Virus record (IMG/VR): IMGVR_UViG_3300002541_000010
Span: 1 to 34,391 of that record
DNA: 34,391 nucleotides
Strand: one strand, 5' to 3'
DNA from: a virus
Lineage: Duplodnaviria > Caudoviricetes
The notes beneath the pieces are model-generated. The model did no database searches and was not told where the DNA came from. It saw only the letters and a program-made list of their open reading frames with translations. The position numbers and the translations under genes were made by a program. Each line of letters opens with the position of its first letter. Within the stretch, counting starts at the first letter, position 1. Of the stretch, positions 9,098 to 19,050 are shown in pieces.

Positions 9098-9670
9098 TTA
9101 CACCTCCCCGTTAAGGAGCTTTTCAAGATATTCTTTCTCCGCTTGTTCTTCTGCACTTAATCGTTTCTTTATGTCAATCAGGGCCTTGTTCTCCCTGTAG
9201 AATTCCTGCTCATATTTTTCAAGTTTTTTGCCTTTATTCTTTTTCTGCCGAATGCTTATAACAGTTGAAAGTAATCCCTCTCCAATCTCGTTGAAGTATC
9301 CCAGGAATGTCCACCAATGTAGATAGTCAAGTGCTCTGGTCTCTTTTCCTGCGACTTTATTTACAGCGCTAAATATCATCTGTTCATCCTGTTCCCAATC
9401 TATAATTTTCTTAGGACTTCTTTTTATATCATCATGTTCTATGCCGCCGTCTAAAAACCAAACGGCTTTGCTTATTGCTTCTTCTATATCCTCTGCCGGG
9501 ATACTTTCAAAATCTTCGTATAAACAATCCAGCATCGCTAATGTTTTTTCCCTGTCATTTAATTCTGGGTCGTTATAGGCCTGGAATATTAAAAGAGCCA
9601 CCCGGTAATCGCTCCGGATAGCTCTTTCAACGCCGTTTATATTCAGCGAGGTCGGTAATTTACCAATCAT
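9098..9670 (-). CDS. A118 Gp15-like tail assembly protein
   Basis: IRSDYR, DWEQD, YLHWWTF motifs; just before tape measure. Confidence 0.85.
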   Translation of the reverse strand: MIGKLPTSLNINGVERAIRSDYRVALLIFQAYNDPELNDREKTLAMLDCLYEDFESIPAEDIEEAISKAVWFLDGGIEHDDIKRSPKKIIDWEQDEQMIFSAVNKVAGKETRALDYLHWWTFLGYFNEIGEGLLSTVISIRQKKNKGKKLEKYEQEFYRENKALIDIKKRLSAEEQAEKEYLEKLLNGEV

Positions 9671-9671
9671 A

Positions 9672-10112
9672 TCATTTCACCTGCTTGGTGTATTTTTCAA
9701 TCCTCTTTTGACTTGCTTCCATTTCTTTCTTAACTTCTTTTTCTATAGCCTCTTTAGCTGCCATAATAAATCTTTCAAAAAGTGGAACACCTTTAACCAG
9801 CGCTAAAGGTGATTTATTGCCGAATACCATTTCAGACACAGGACTATCGAATATATAATCAATCTGATCTTTAATAAGCTTATTAACCTTAGCCACAGCT
9901 TCCGCAGCTTCTTCAAGTTCGCTCAAAGGCTCCCCTTTAGAATCAATATTAACATCATTTTCGAGATTTTCTGTCGCTTTCTCTATGTTCTTCATAGCAT
10001 TGTTAAATCTCTCAATAATTGCAAAGTCTGTCGGATCAAATCTTATAACCTTGTTAGGGTCATCATTAATCATAAACTCCTTATAACCATCGTCAAAGCG
10101 TATGCTTTGCAT
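9672..10112 (-). CDS. Putative tail assembly chaperone
   Basis: Position between tail tube and Gp15-like gene; strong SD GAGGAGG. Confidence 0.7.
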   Translation of the reverse strand: MQSIRFDDGYKEFMINDDPNKVIRFDPTDFAIIERFNNAMKNIEKATENLENDVNIDSKGEPLSELEEAAEAVAKVNKLIKDQIDYIFDSPVSEMVFGNKSPLALVKGVPLFERFIMAAKEAIEKEVKKEMEASQKRIEKYTKQVK

Positions 10113-10183
10113 AAAATCCCTCCTCTATTGCGGGCAGCGGCAGGAGGTAGACCGCCACCCGCCTCAAACTAAAACTTATTGGC

Positions 10184-10675
10184 TTAATCTTCACTATCTT
10201 CGGTAAAGGCTTTGGTTGACACGTTAAATGTGCCCTTAACTCTGTTGCCAATATGATGTAAGTTAAAAGATATTTGGTACCCTGTAGTATCACCACCGTA
10301 GGAAGATACCTCAATAATGGCATCTTCTCTGTACGCGACAAAGGTATTGGCAGAACCCTCTACTGGCTCCCAAAGATGTACTTCAACAACAGTGGTTTTT
10401 AAATCGTCAAGTGTTCGTCTTTCGTCTACAATCTTTTGAAGTTTTTCGAACATCGGATCATCATCGTCTGCATAGTAAGGCTCTACGCTTGCCTGCGGCT
10501 CGTACCCGTCGATTATCGTCGATGCATCACCAAGGATATTTCTCCTGGTCTCAACGTTGGCATTCATTTCAACGTTGTATTCTTCCAGGTCTTGTCCCAA
10601 CCGTACATAGCTAGGTGTTTGTGTCAGCGAAGCATCAATATAATGAGCCATGTACTTTCTTTGAATTTTAGGCAT
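10184..10675 (-). CDS. Major tail (tube) protein
   Basis: 163 aa acidic beta-rich protein, VSSYGGD and GNRVKGTF motifs, position after neck genes. Confidence 0.8.
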   Translation of the reverse strand: MPKIQRKYMAHYIDASLTQTPSYVRLGQDLEEYNVEMNANVETRRNILGDASTIIDGYEPQASVEPYYADDDDPMFEKLQKIVDERRTLDDLKTTVVEVHLWEPVEGSANTFVAYREDAIIEVSSYGGDTTGYQISFNLHHIGNRVKGTFNVSTKAFTEDSED

Positions 10676-11125
10676 TTAAAATCCCTCACTTTCTATTCTG
10701 TATTGTGCTTGTATCTGTATTTGATAAGTAACCGGACCGGATAAGGTTTCGTTTTGGTATCCGTAAAGCATGCCGTTTGCGCTGCTAAGTTTATTTAACT
10801 TACCGTGAAGTGTTTTATTATCAACAGTTACTTCAACATCTTGTCCTGTTGCCGCTTTTTCAAGATAATAGGCAAGGTTTAATAAAAAAGTGCTATTTGC
10901 AAGCCTGTCATAATCGTTGAAGCTTTGAAAGACTGCATATAGCACAAAGTTATGTTGCCTATCTTGATTGCCGAGAATATCTTCTCTTAATAGTTGGTCG
11001 CCTGTTGGATAAAGCCCAAAACTTACCGGGCTATCTTCGGTATAATCAATGTTTATACTGCCGGACAAGTCCTGTACCAATGGGCAATCAGATATTATTA
11101 GCTTTACTGCTTCGATTATGTTCAT
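10676..11125 (-). CDS. Putative tail terminator / neck protein
   Basis: Synteny; C-terminal YQIQIQAQY strand. Confidence 0.65.
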   Translation of the reverse strand: MNIIEAVKLIISDCPLVQDLSGSINIDYTEDSPVSFGLYPTGDQLLREDILGNQDRQHNFVLYAVFQSFNDYDRLANSTFLLNLAYYLEKAATGQDVEVTVDNKTLHGKLNKLSSANGMLYGYQNETLSGPVTYQIQIQAQYRIESEGF

Positions 11126-11547
11126 TTCGCACCGGCCACCTTTCTGGCTCCGTTTAGGATTTCTTCTTTATGTTCCGCCTTCATTCTCTCAAACCAAAAT
11201 GGTCCGGCTTGTGGATGCCGGCTTTTATCATGTACCAGGTCTTTATCGGTCAATACCTTCTTTTCCCCATATCTCGCCCATGCACTTCCGGTTATAGACG
11301 AGACCATAAGTTTCCCATAATATTGATATCTAGCATAAGGAGCAATCTGATTTATTTCGCCGGAACCTATCTTTGTCCCCAGTGTAGCAGACCTCATCAG
11401 AAATCCGTTTCTCATAGGTGTATATGGAGCCATCAGCCTAATGCATTCGCTGTCAATGTATTTTTGCACAGGCCCCATATCTTGCAGCCCTCGCTCTTTA
11501 AGGAGAATATCCGTTGCCTTAATTTCCAAGTGCCCATTAAACTGCAT
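11122..11547 (-). CDS. Neck / 'minor capsid' protein (Minor_capsid_2-like)
   Basis: PYTPMRNGFL, APYARYQYYG and AGPFWFERMK motifs. Confidence 0.8.
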   Translation of the reverse strand: MQFNGHLEIKATDILLKERGLQDMGPVQKYIDSECIRLMAPYTPMRNGFLMRSATLGTKIGSGEINQIAPYARYQYYGKLMVSSITGSAWARYGEKKVLTDKDLVHDKSRHPQAGPFWFERMKAEHKEEILNGARKVAGAK

Positions 11548-11555
11548 ACTATCAC

Positions 11556-11930
11556 CTACTTACAGCCAAGCTGTACATGCCGCATCCAGGGGCTGCCGTA
11601 CATTTTTTCGTCCACTATGGAGACGGTCAGGACCTTGTCATTTTGCTCTTTTAATGTCTTGAGGCTGTTTGATATAGTCTGCTGGGACGTGTTGTCAAAT
11701 TCAAAGTCTGTTATGCCTTTGACAATTATATCTTTGCCAGCATTAAATTTTAGTTCACTGGGTAGATTTTCTGCCGGGATAAATACTTTTACTGTTTCAA
11801 TAGATGTAAGCCCACTTTTTAAGACGTTGGCCTGTTTGGTTTCTTCCCAGTGTGCTCCCCTGATTTCGTACCGTGTATATTTACCGGCGCTGTCACAGGA
11901 ATAATATGTAATATCTGCATTTGTTATCAT
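11556..11930 (-). CDS. Putative head closure protein
   Basis: Synteny; 124 aa; DIIVKG and YGSPWMRH motifs. Confidence 0.65.
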   Translation of the reverse strand: MITNADITYYSCDSAGKYTRYEIRGAHWEETKQANVLKSGLTSIETVKVFIPAENLPSELKFNAGKDIIVKGITDFEFDNTSQQTISNSLKTLKEQNDKVLTVSIVDEKMYGSPWMRHVQLGCK

Positions 11931-11931
11931 A

Positions 11932-12294
11932 TCAGCACCCCCGATACAGCAAGCCGGTATTTATCAGCCAGTTGTAGATGATTTCCTTGCATTTTCCACG
12001 GTGCTGTGTCTCAGCTTTCTCTTTATCCACATAAGAAACGCTGTACTCCCCGACTTTTTCAGATACAATATTACCGGCATTTTCTTTTTCATGTTTGTAT
12101 ATTTCTTCGGCTAACTCACAGCAACACATCTTTGCTTCATCGGGGATATTATCTTCCTTTATCCGATTGAATGTGTGTAGTTTAATAAGCTGTGTGGCTT
12201 TCTGTGCATAAAATGGATATGAGGCGGCATCAATTACCGCCTGCCTGCCCTGTAGATATTCTTTTATATAATACTCATATGTAGCATAGCTCAT
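11932..12294 (-). CDS. Head-tail adaptor protein
   Basis: YATYEYY, CCELAE, SEKVGEYSVSY and TGLLYRG motifs. Confidence 0.8.
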   Translation of the reverse strand: MSYATYEYYIKEYLQGRQAVIDAASYPFYAQKATQLIKLHTFNRIKEDNIPDEAKMCCCELAEEIYKHEKENAGNIVSEKVGEYSVSYVDKEKAETQHRGKCKEIIYNWLINTGLLYRGC

Positions 12295-12312
12295 TGATAC
12301 CGCCTTCCTTTA

Positions 12313-12411
12313 TTATTCCTGATTAGCTTCCTGCTTCTTATTCTCGCCTTTATTATCTCCAGCAGATTTATTGTACCTTTTCTTAATTATTAATCCGACT
12401 ATTTTCCCCAT
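12313..12411 (-). CDS. 32-aa peptide downstream of major capsid
   Basis: Manual: MGKIVGLIIKKRYNKSAGDNKGENKKQEANQE; SD AGGAGGG; fills the gap exactly. Confidence 0.6.
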   Translation of the reverse strand: MGKIVGLIIKKRYNKSAGDNKGENKKQEANQE

Positions 12412-12427
12412 GCTCTACCCTCCTATA

Positions 12428-13309
12428 TTAAACTACCGGCTTATGATGCAGATAGATGCCGGCTAGCTTATTTTCGTATACATCAACCAAACCGTATTTA
12501 CGATATTTCTGCATATATGCATCGGAGCTCTGGTTTGCCTGCGGCGTAATGATATCGCTTGCGATATGCTTATCAAATTTCAGGACCGCAGATTTGTGAA
12601 CGATCATGAAGTTAATATCTGCGGCACCGTTGGCCTTTTTATAGCCACCTTCAAGCTCATTTTCACTTGTCCCGTCCAAAAGTTCTATTGCGGTATAGAA
12701 TCTGCTTTGGGGAACCTTTATTATCTGTGTAAAGGCTTCTAGGATTTCTCTGGACTTCGTGGTGTCAAGGCCTTTGATGGCATTGTAAAGCGTTGGGGTA
12801 ATAAACAGGTATCTGTTTTCCTCCGGGACCTCGTCGTCGTCCATAACTGTAGTGGCTTCAATCAAGGCTTTCATGACGTCCTCGCCGCTTTCCAATACTG
12901 CTGGAGTGCTAACTTTAGATATTCCCTCTTTACCCGCAAGTGTAGCAAAAGTAAATGCATCTGCTTCCGGAGCAACCTTTGTCCTCTGAAATTCTGCAGC
13001 AAGCATTCCGAAGGCGACTTCGGCAGTTTCCTCATTGTCAAGATAGTCAACCTCAAACTTACGACCTCTGTCGTAATTGAATTTTACTGTTTCCCATGTC
13101 AGGTTGACATCGCCTTTTACATAGCCAGAATTTCTGGAATAGTCAGCCAGACCATCCATTTTAATCTTAGGAATTATAATCTCATTTGCTCTGGCTCCAG
13201 CTCTTGCCATTGCATCGTTTGTGTTTAAAACAGTTGTAAGAGACGCTTTCTTATAAACCTGATCCAACAAAGGGACATAATTTTTAGATAACTCAATTAC
13301 ATTTGCCAT
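12428..13309 (-). CDS. Major capsid protein
   Basis: 293 aa after scaffold; IPKIKMDGLADYSRNSGY, DRGRKFEVD and VPEENRYLFITP motifs. Confidence 0.9.
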   Translation of the reverse strand: MANVIELSKNYVPLLDQVYKKASLTTVLNTNDAMARAGARANEIIIPKIKMDGLADYSRNSGYVKGDVNLTWETVKFNYDRGRKFEVDYLDNEETAEVAFGMLAAEFQRTKVAPEADAFTFATLAGKEGISKVSTPAVLESGEDVMKALIEATTVMDDDEVPEENRYLFITPTLYNAIKGLDTTKSREILEAFTQIIKVPQSRFYTAIELLDGTSENELEGGYKKANGAADINFMIVHKSAVLKFDKHIASDIITPQANQSSDAYMQKYRKYGLVDVYENKLAGIYLHHKPVV

Positions 13310-13325
13310 AAATTAATCATCCTTT

Positions 13326-13886
13326 CTATTTTTCTTTTTCATCTGTTAATCCCATAGCCGCCTTAAGTGCTGCCAAATGAGCATCTTCACTAGATGGTGT
13401 TTTCCCACCAGTAGGTGCTACAGGATTGTTTATAGGTTCGTTTGCCCCAAATAAATAATCATTTTCTTCCTTGCATGCTTCAAGAGCTGCTTTAATGTCG
13501 GCTTCCTGATTCTTGCTTGCTTTGAGAGTTTCAATGTCCAGTAACGCTTTTACCGCTTTGACATTTCTGCCGCCAAACTCATTAATTTGTCTTTCCAACA
13601 GTGCATTGAAATCCCTGTCGGCAAGCTCCTTCTGGTACTGTTCTTCCTTTTCTTTGAGAGTATTTTGTAGTTTTTCAATCTCGCTTTTTAGATTGTTTAC
13701 ATCAACTCCCTCAAATTCTTTCAGAGCCGCCTGAGCTGTTTCTAACTGAGACTTGTAATTCTCTCTTTCTGCCTCGATTTTTGCAAACTTATCGTGCTCT
13801 CTCTGGATGTCCTTGCCATTCTCGGCCATGATAGCCTTTATTTGTTCCTCGTTAAGTCCGAGTTCTTTCAGAAATTCAGTTTTCAT
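13326..13886 (-). CDS. Capsid scaffolding protein (Phage_GP20 family)
   Basis: MKTEFLKELGL..IMAENGKDI, coiled coil, KAVKALLD, YLF. Confidence 0.9.
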   Translation of the reverse strand: MKTEFLKELGLNEEQIKAIMAENGKDIQREHDKFAKIEAERENYKSQLETAQAALKEFEGVDVNNLKSEIEKLQNTLKEKEEQYQKELADRDFNALLERQINEFGGRNVKAVKALLDIETLKASKNQEADIKAALEACKEENDYLFGANEPINNPVAPTGGKTPSSEDAHLAALKAAMGLTDEKEK

Positions 13887-13909
13887 AAATTCTCAATCTC
13901 CTTTCGCTT

Positions 13910-13977
13910 ATTAGGTATTTTTTAGGTGTTTTACCAAACCACCAAGCGCCGACTGTTTTAGGTCTAATCAACTGACC
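13910..13977 (-). promoter_or_regulatory. Candidate structured RNA leader of scaffold gene (two tandem stem-loop/pseudoknot units)
   Basis: GGTC-N9-GACC-TAAAA and GGTG-N11-CACC-TAAAA units on minus strand before the SD. Confidence 0.55.
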
Positions 13978-13981
13978 ACAT

Positions 13982-14007
13982 AAAAATAAGCCGTAGCAAT
14001 ACGGCTT
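13982..14007 (-). terminator. Intrinsic terminator
   Basis: AAGCCGTA-TTGC-TACGGCTT then ATTTTT. Confidence 0.6.
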
Positions 14008-14137
14008 AATCGTCTTTATGAATTGTTCGGTAAGCAGCGTCTATGAGTTTTAATGCCGCGCAAATACCAGTTGTATACAGAAATGTAATAGGCATATCCA
14101 ATTTCAGGCCTAATATAAATATTAAAATATAAGCCAT
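14006..14137 (-). CDS. 43-aa hydrophobic peptide
   Basis: Manual: MAYILIFILGLKLDMPITFLYTTGICAALKLIDAAYRTIHKDD; SD AAGGAGGT 4 nt upstream; terminator follows. Confidence 0.65.
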   Translation of the reverse strand: MAYILIFILGLKLDMPITFLYTTGICAALKLIDAAYRTIHKDD

Positions 14138-14180
14138 CTTTACCTCCTTGCATAAAAATAATACCGTTTACGATCTTGTG

Positions 14181-14477
14181 TTACTCAATCCTATCTATTC
14201 CATATTCAACAGCACATTCATGCTCAATTCTGCACCCTCTTGCTTCTTGCCATCCTTGTGCAAAATATGCCACATCCGCTTTTGATAGATATTCTATGGA
14301 ACGCGCTAAATATTCAAGTGGTTTAGCATTTGAATCAAAATCGTCAAAGAATGTGTCAAGTACTTCTACTTCTTCTCCAATAAGTTCCTTCGCTTTTTGA
14401 ATTGCATGTTCTCTTTCTTTGAGGATTTCTTCATCACTTTTACCTCTCATTGGTTGTGAAATAAATAATTTCTTCAT
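14181..14477 (-). CDS. DUF4406-like protein (nucleoside 2-deoxyribosyltransferase-like fold)
   Basis: KLFISQPMRG, LSKADVAYF and GWQEARGCRIEH motifs. Confidence 0.8.
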   Translation of the reverse strand: MKKLFISQPMRGKSDEEILKEREHAIQKAKELIGEEVEVLDTFFDDFDSNAKPLEYLARSIEYLSKADVAYFAQGWQEARGCRIEHECAVEYGIDRIE

Positions 14478-14478
14478 C

Positions 14479-15639
14479 TTATCCTACCTTTCCTAATCCA
14501 TCCATGTAAATTCTTTCTCTTTCCTGCGGTAACCCCATTTTCTTAGTAAAGTCAGCATATTCAGCCATTGACGCCCTATATTTTGCTTGTGCCGCTATTA
14601 TTTCATCTTCGTTCGCTCCGCCTTCCTTCAACAGTTTTATTTGTCTTCGTAACGCCCTCATTTTTGTTTCAAGGTATCTTTGCCGCTGTGTTGCCTCGTA
14701 TGTAGTATATTCTTTATCTTTATATTTCTTCGGAGTATTTTCCTTGGCGTTCATTCTGTCAAGTTCTTCATCTGTCCATTGCCTGACAGATACACCAGGT
14801 ATAAACGGCCAATAGCTATGATAGCAATTCCATCCACACAGCCCCGGACCTGTACCGAGACCGCATACATCTACAAGCTGTTGTCTTGTATAAACTCTGC
14901 CTTGCCAAACCTGATGTGTTGGCCTTGCTGTCGCATGCCATGATACCTCGAAATATTCCGTTCCTAATTGTTGGGCGTTAAAGTCGTTTATGTGTTGCAC
15001 AACCTGGTTTACTCCGGTCATTAATGCACGCCTGGCCGCAACTTCTATTCGGTTACTCCATCCAGATTCATAATCAACTGTCCTAACACCGCTTTTAGTC
15101 ATTTCCCGGATAACCTTGTTCAGCGTGACGTTATAATCAAATGTTCCGGTTGTTACCTCGAATACCGCCTGATCCAACGTTCTTTGCAGGTATTCGGCAA
15201 GCGGTGTAAATACCGTTTTCCCGCCTATTTCTATAGCAAATCCCATAGTCTGAGTTATATTAATGAGTTCTTGCTTTGTCTGAGCTATAACCGACTGTAT
15301 AAGCTGTTGTAATTCGAAGTTTTCCTCGAACGGTATAAAATCTTTTCCAACCGCTTCGTATATACTTGCGTCTCTTGCATAACCGGAAGCGATAATGTCT
15401 TTGTAAAGCCTTTCAATTTCGGCATCTGTAAGTTTTAATGCCTGCTGAATGTATTTCCTTATTTCTTCCCGGCTTTTGCCAACCTGCACTAATTGATATA
15501 TCTGCCAGTCTGCAGAACGGGTAATTTCATCGTTGATTTTTATTCGGCGGACGATATCTTGCATAATACGGATTTCTAATTCAGCCATGATGCGTTCAAG
15601 TTCTTTTGGTATCCGCTCTAAGTCAGAAGGTCTGTACAT
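14479..15639 (-). CDS. Minor capsid / head morphogenesis protein
   Basis: VSWHATARPTHQVWQGRVY, GLCGWNCYH and QRQRYLE motifs; follows portal. Confidence 0.9.
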   Translation of the reverse strand: MYRPSDLERIPKELERIMAELEIRIMQDIVRRIKINDEITRSADWQIYQLVQVGKSREEIRKYIQQALKLTDAEIERLYKDIIASGYARDASIYEAVGKDFIPFEENFELQQLIQSVIAQTKQELINITQTMGFAIEIGGKTVFTPLAEYLQRTLDQAVFEVTTGTFDYNVTLNKVIREMTKSGVRTVDYESGWSNRIEVAARRALMTGVNQVVQHINDFNAQQLGTEYFEVSWHATARPTHQVWQGRVYTRQQLVDVCGLGTGPGLCGWNCYHSYWPFIPGVSVRQWTDEELDRMNAKENTPKKYKDKEYTTYEATQRQRYLETKMRALRRQIKLLKEGGANEDEIIAAQAKYRASMAEYADFTKKMGLPQERERIYMDGLGKVG

Positions 15640-15652
15640 AAGATATCACCGC

Positions 15653-17002
15653 CTACGGAATTATGTCTGCTTGCTCCGGTATTTTGCTTTTTGCTGTTTC
15701 TTCATCTTCCCCGTACCATTTCATACGATATTCCCAAAGTGGCATGACGCCCATAGCAACATCCTGCCGGTCTTGCTGACGTTCGGTTTCTTCGTCCGTG
15801 AGAATGCTATCCTTAAAGTCACATATAAATTCATAACCGCTTGTTGTAAGTCCGTTATAAAATGCCAGTGCGTCAACCAAATCAGATAAGCAATCTTTCA
15901 GGTTGCTCTGTATGGCTGTAACCGTGTTATATTTGCGTTTCTTTGCTGCCTTTACTTCTGTGGCTGTCTTTTCCACGTATGCCGGATTGGATAAATCTCC
16001 GTACGCAAGGCCGACGGCAAATTCTATGTTCCTCTTGTATTCTTCTAGGCCTTTGATTATGGACTGTTCCCTAAATTCAGGTGAGAATACCTCGAACAGC
16101 TCTTTGCCGTTTCCCATTTCTACGTCAACAGCACGATATAATCTTTTGTTGAGCTTGGGTAATTTCCAATCACCTGTATTCTTATTAAGTTTCATTGCTG
16201 TGGCGTCTACGTGTACCGCACGTTCACCTGATTCAAATTCCCAGTCTAACCTTGCAAATTGTATGTCGGCCTTTTTAATTAAGTCTTTGGCGGCATCAAA
16301 AATTGACACGCCGTTATATGACCTATCAATGGTATTCTTAATCGGGTTGCGATAGTACCCAAAATCAGGTTTAAAGAATGGATATGTAACTTCTGGGATA
16401 AGATTAGCCCAGTCACTTACTTCTGTCAGGCTTACCTCCACACCGAGGGAATTGATGTTTTTTGAATGATAAGCCTTATTTATAATTGTGAGTCCATTTT
16501 TGTCTACGGCGTGATATTCAAAACGCCTATAAATATCATCTTTGGCAATCTGTTTTGTCTCAACAAAAATAACTTTTGTTAATCTGCCCTGACTGTTAAA
16601 TTCCAATGGGATGTAATTGCCTTGCGTGACACATTCGACCTTATCTCCACCTAATGGCTTAATAATAAATGATCCAAGGGCTAGTCCGCTTTGCAAATCC
16701 TCATTTAAATCCCGGATAGCAGATTGATATATCTTGTCCAACTTCTCAACCGTAACCTTGCTTGTCATTTCATTTAAGGCAATATTGGCAAATTCTTTGA
16801 CTATCCCCTGTTCTAACCTCAATGAGTGAACTATATCGTTTACCCAAGGAGCTTCGCCTTTATACATCTTCTCCCAAAGTTCAATTCGTTCTATCATTTC
16901 ATCTGAGATTGCCGGGTCTATATCAAAAACTTGCTTTATGGTTTTAACAGGAAACATACGCCTTACCACATCCTTTACAAATTTAACGATGCGTTCAAAC
17001 AT
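15653..17002 (-). CDS. Portal protein (A118/SPP1 gp6-like; start revised to MFERI)
   Basis: ATG overlaps terminase TAA; GVSIF, WEFESGER, KTATEV and DFKDSI motifs. Confidence 0.92.
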   Translation of the reverse strand: MFERIVKFVKDVVRRMFPVKTIKQVFDIDPAISDEMIERIELWEKMYKGEAPWVNDIVHSLRLEQGIVKEFANIALNEMTSKVTVEKLDKIYQSAIRDLNEDLQSGLALGSFIIKPLGGDKVECVTQGNYIPLEFNSQGRLTKVIFVETKQIAKDDIYRRFEYHAVDKNGLTIINKAYHSKNINSLGVEVSLTEVSDWANLIPEVTYPFFKPDFGYYRNPIKNTIDRSYNGVSIFDAAKDLIKKADIQFARLDWEFESGERAVHVDATAMKLNKNTGDWKLPKLNKRLYRAVDVEMGNGKELFEVFSPEFREQSIIKGLEEYKRNIEFAVGLAYGDLSNPAYVEKTATEVKAAKKRKYNTVTAIQSNLKDCLSDLVDALAFYNGLTTSGYEFICDFKDSILTDEETERQQDRQDVAMGVMPLWEYRMKWYGEDEETAKSKIPEQADIIP

Positions 17003-19008
17003 TACTGCCCCCTCCGTTTCCATACCGGATTCATGGCATATCTAACTGCGTCTATAGCATGATTATTTTTATCAGGATAACCGCTTATGATATTACCTTC
17101 TTTGTCTCTCTCGTATTCATAATTTAAAAATTCTTCTGCTGTATAAGGGCATCTTCTGTTATCTATAATGATTTCACTTAATGATTGCAACCACTTCATG
17201 GAATAATCAACGCTTCCGGGGCCTTTTTCGGCCCCTCTTGCTAATAATCCGTATGCTTTATAATCGCTTACTGATTTTTGCTCAGCACTGTCGCAGGTGA
17301 TTAAGTCATTTTCAGTTATACCTAATTCCCTGAGTTTATTTGCTGTCTCTTGGTTGGATTGTTTCCAGCATCTATATTCCATGAAGATATACAATTTATG
17401 CCTTGCCGAATCATAATGCATACGGCTGAAATGATACGGGTCAGGGTACCAGCCCCAGTCAACGCCATTATATATTCGGTCAAACTCTTTAATTTCTGCG
17501 TCTGTAATTTCTCTTATAGTAACATTATCGAATATATTTCCGCCTGTACCATTGGCTACGCCTAGATATTCATTTTCATAAGCTGTAGGATTGACTTCCT
17601 TTAAGAATTCTGCTTCGTCTATAAATGGTTTACCAAGCCATTCTTTTGGCACGTCTAAATATGTGCTTGGTATTACTAATCTCGTAACCTTTGGTACCTT
17701 GATATATTTGTTTGCCCAGTTATTTGCGCTCTTAGGAGGGTTAAATGACTTAAATACCCATGCTTTTTCGCCGCCACGGATAACTGATTGCTCGATTTTT
17801 CGTACAGCTTCCTCGCCCTGGAATTGGTCCAATTCCTCAAACCATATTATACCGATATATCCAAACGGCACTTTAATAGATTTTATCTTTCCCGGATCAT
17901 CCGTACCGCGGAAATATATCTTTTGGCCTGTGCTTTTTCGGGTAATCTCCAGGGGACTAACCGTACAATAAAATTCATCTTCCAGTCCCAGCGCTTCGAT
18001 GGCCCATTGCATCTGTGCATATACAGATGTCCTAAGAGTGTCGGCAACCTGACGTACTATTACGGCATGTATTTCTTCGTTTTTCATCAGTAAATCAATA
18101 ATTTGTAAGCTGATGAAAGAAGATTTTGTAGAGCCACGACCGCCAGGAAAAACATATTCAATATGCTCCCTGTTCTGTATATCAAAAGCCACTGGTGCGA
18201 ACTTTGGAATAATCATTGTCGCCGGAATACCTGTATAGCGAACACCCTCGGAACTTATGTCGGGCTCTATCTTCTTTTGTTCGAGCTCAAGCTTTTTATT
18301 CTCATATTCAATCTTGTGTTTGTCCAGAGGGTTTATGAGGAAGTATTTATCAAGCCATTCCAGCGACTTTTGCTTATCGGCAAGTTTTATTGTAACTCCT
18401 TCCCTGCCTTGTTTAACCTCTTGAATTATTTGTGTGTCCAAATTGGAGGATTCTTTCAATAGTACTTTATTTATTTGATACTCTTCACCATCTTTGGTTT
18501 CAAGCGTTTCTCTACCAAACTCCACATAGTCGCCTATATCAGCAAAAGCTATGCGCATATGCAAATCAACTATATCTTCTGTGTTTGCAACTATCTGCTG
18601 GCGCTTTATCTCCTGTAATCTTTGAATTTCAGCTCTAATCTTAGGATTTCTAAGGAGATTGCTACCCTCAACCATTGCTGTATTGTAGCTGCATCCATAA
18701 GCTTTTAGATAGCTCTGTGTTGCATTAAATATCTTACTGTAATATATGCAAAAAAGCCTTTGTTCTGGAGTAAGGTTTTCATTCAACATGGTTTCCCTTG
18801 TTCCATCATCAAAAGGCTTTGAATACTCTCTTTGTGTGCATACTTTTTCTTGTTTGGTGTGCATACTTTTTTTATTTTTAGTCCAGTATCTTTGTTTCCA
18901 TGACTTAACTGTATTTAATGATACACCGTATTTCTCGGCTATATCTTTATATTTCATACCAGCCATGTAATCTTTTTCAGCCAATTCATAGGTCCTTACT
19001 TCATCCAT
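17002..19008 (-). CDS. terL: Terminase: small subunit fused in frame to PBSX-type large subunit (668 aa)
   Basis: N-terminal HTH plus [12 protein letters not shown]...[13 protein letters not shown] (TerS); GGRGSTKS Walker A, IWFEE Walker B, SFNPP, GVDWG and NHAIDAVRY (TerL). Confidence 0.92.
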   Translation of the reverse strand: MDEVRTYELAEKDYMAGMKYKDIAEKYGVSLNTVKSWKQRYWTKNKKSMHTKQEKVCTQREYSKPFDDGTRETMLNENLTPEQRLFCIYYSKIFNATQSYLKAYGCSYNTAMVEGSNLLRNPKIRAEIQRLQEIKRQQIVANTEDIVDLHMRIAFADIGDYVEFGRETLETKDGEEYQINKVLLKESSNLDTQIIQEVKQGREGVTIKLADKQKSLEWLDKYFLINPLDKHKIEYENKKLELEQKKIEPDISSEGVRYTGIPATMIIPKFAPVAFDIQNREHIEYVFPGGRGSTKSSFISLQIIDLLMKNEEIHAVIVRQVADTLRTSVYAQMQWAIEALGLEDEFYCTVSPLEITRKSTGQKIYFRGTDDPGKIKSIKVPFGYIGIIWFEELDQFQGEEAVRKIEQSVIRGGEKAWVFKSFNPPKSANNWANKYIKVPKVTRLVIPSTYLDVPKEWLGKPFIDEAEFLKEVNPTAYENEYLGVANGTGGNIFDNVTIREITDAEIKEFDRIYNGVDWGWYPDPYHFSRMHYDSARHKLYIFMEYRCWKQSNQETANKLRELGITENDLITCDSAEQKSVSDYKAYGLLARGAEKGPGSVDYSMKWLQSLSEIIIDNRRCPYTAEEFLNYEYERDKEGNIISGYPDKNNHAIDAVRYAMNPVWKRRGQ

Positions 19009-19050
19009 CCATCACCTCACCTGCCTATTATGTGTTTGTTTTGGAACATG

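Noticed and set aside
9660-9700. Programmed frameshift between tail chaperone and Gp15-like gene
   Set aside because: No X XXY YYZ slippery heptamer seen at the junction; the second gene has its own ATG and SD-like AGGTG.
10093-10341. 82-aa alternative-frame ORF overlapping the tail tube gene
   Set aside because: Overlaps two genes, has no SD, and runs through an RNA hairpin; no evidence for a frameshifted tail-tube extension.
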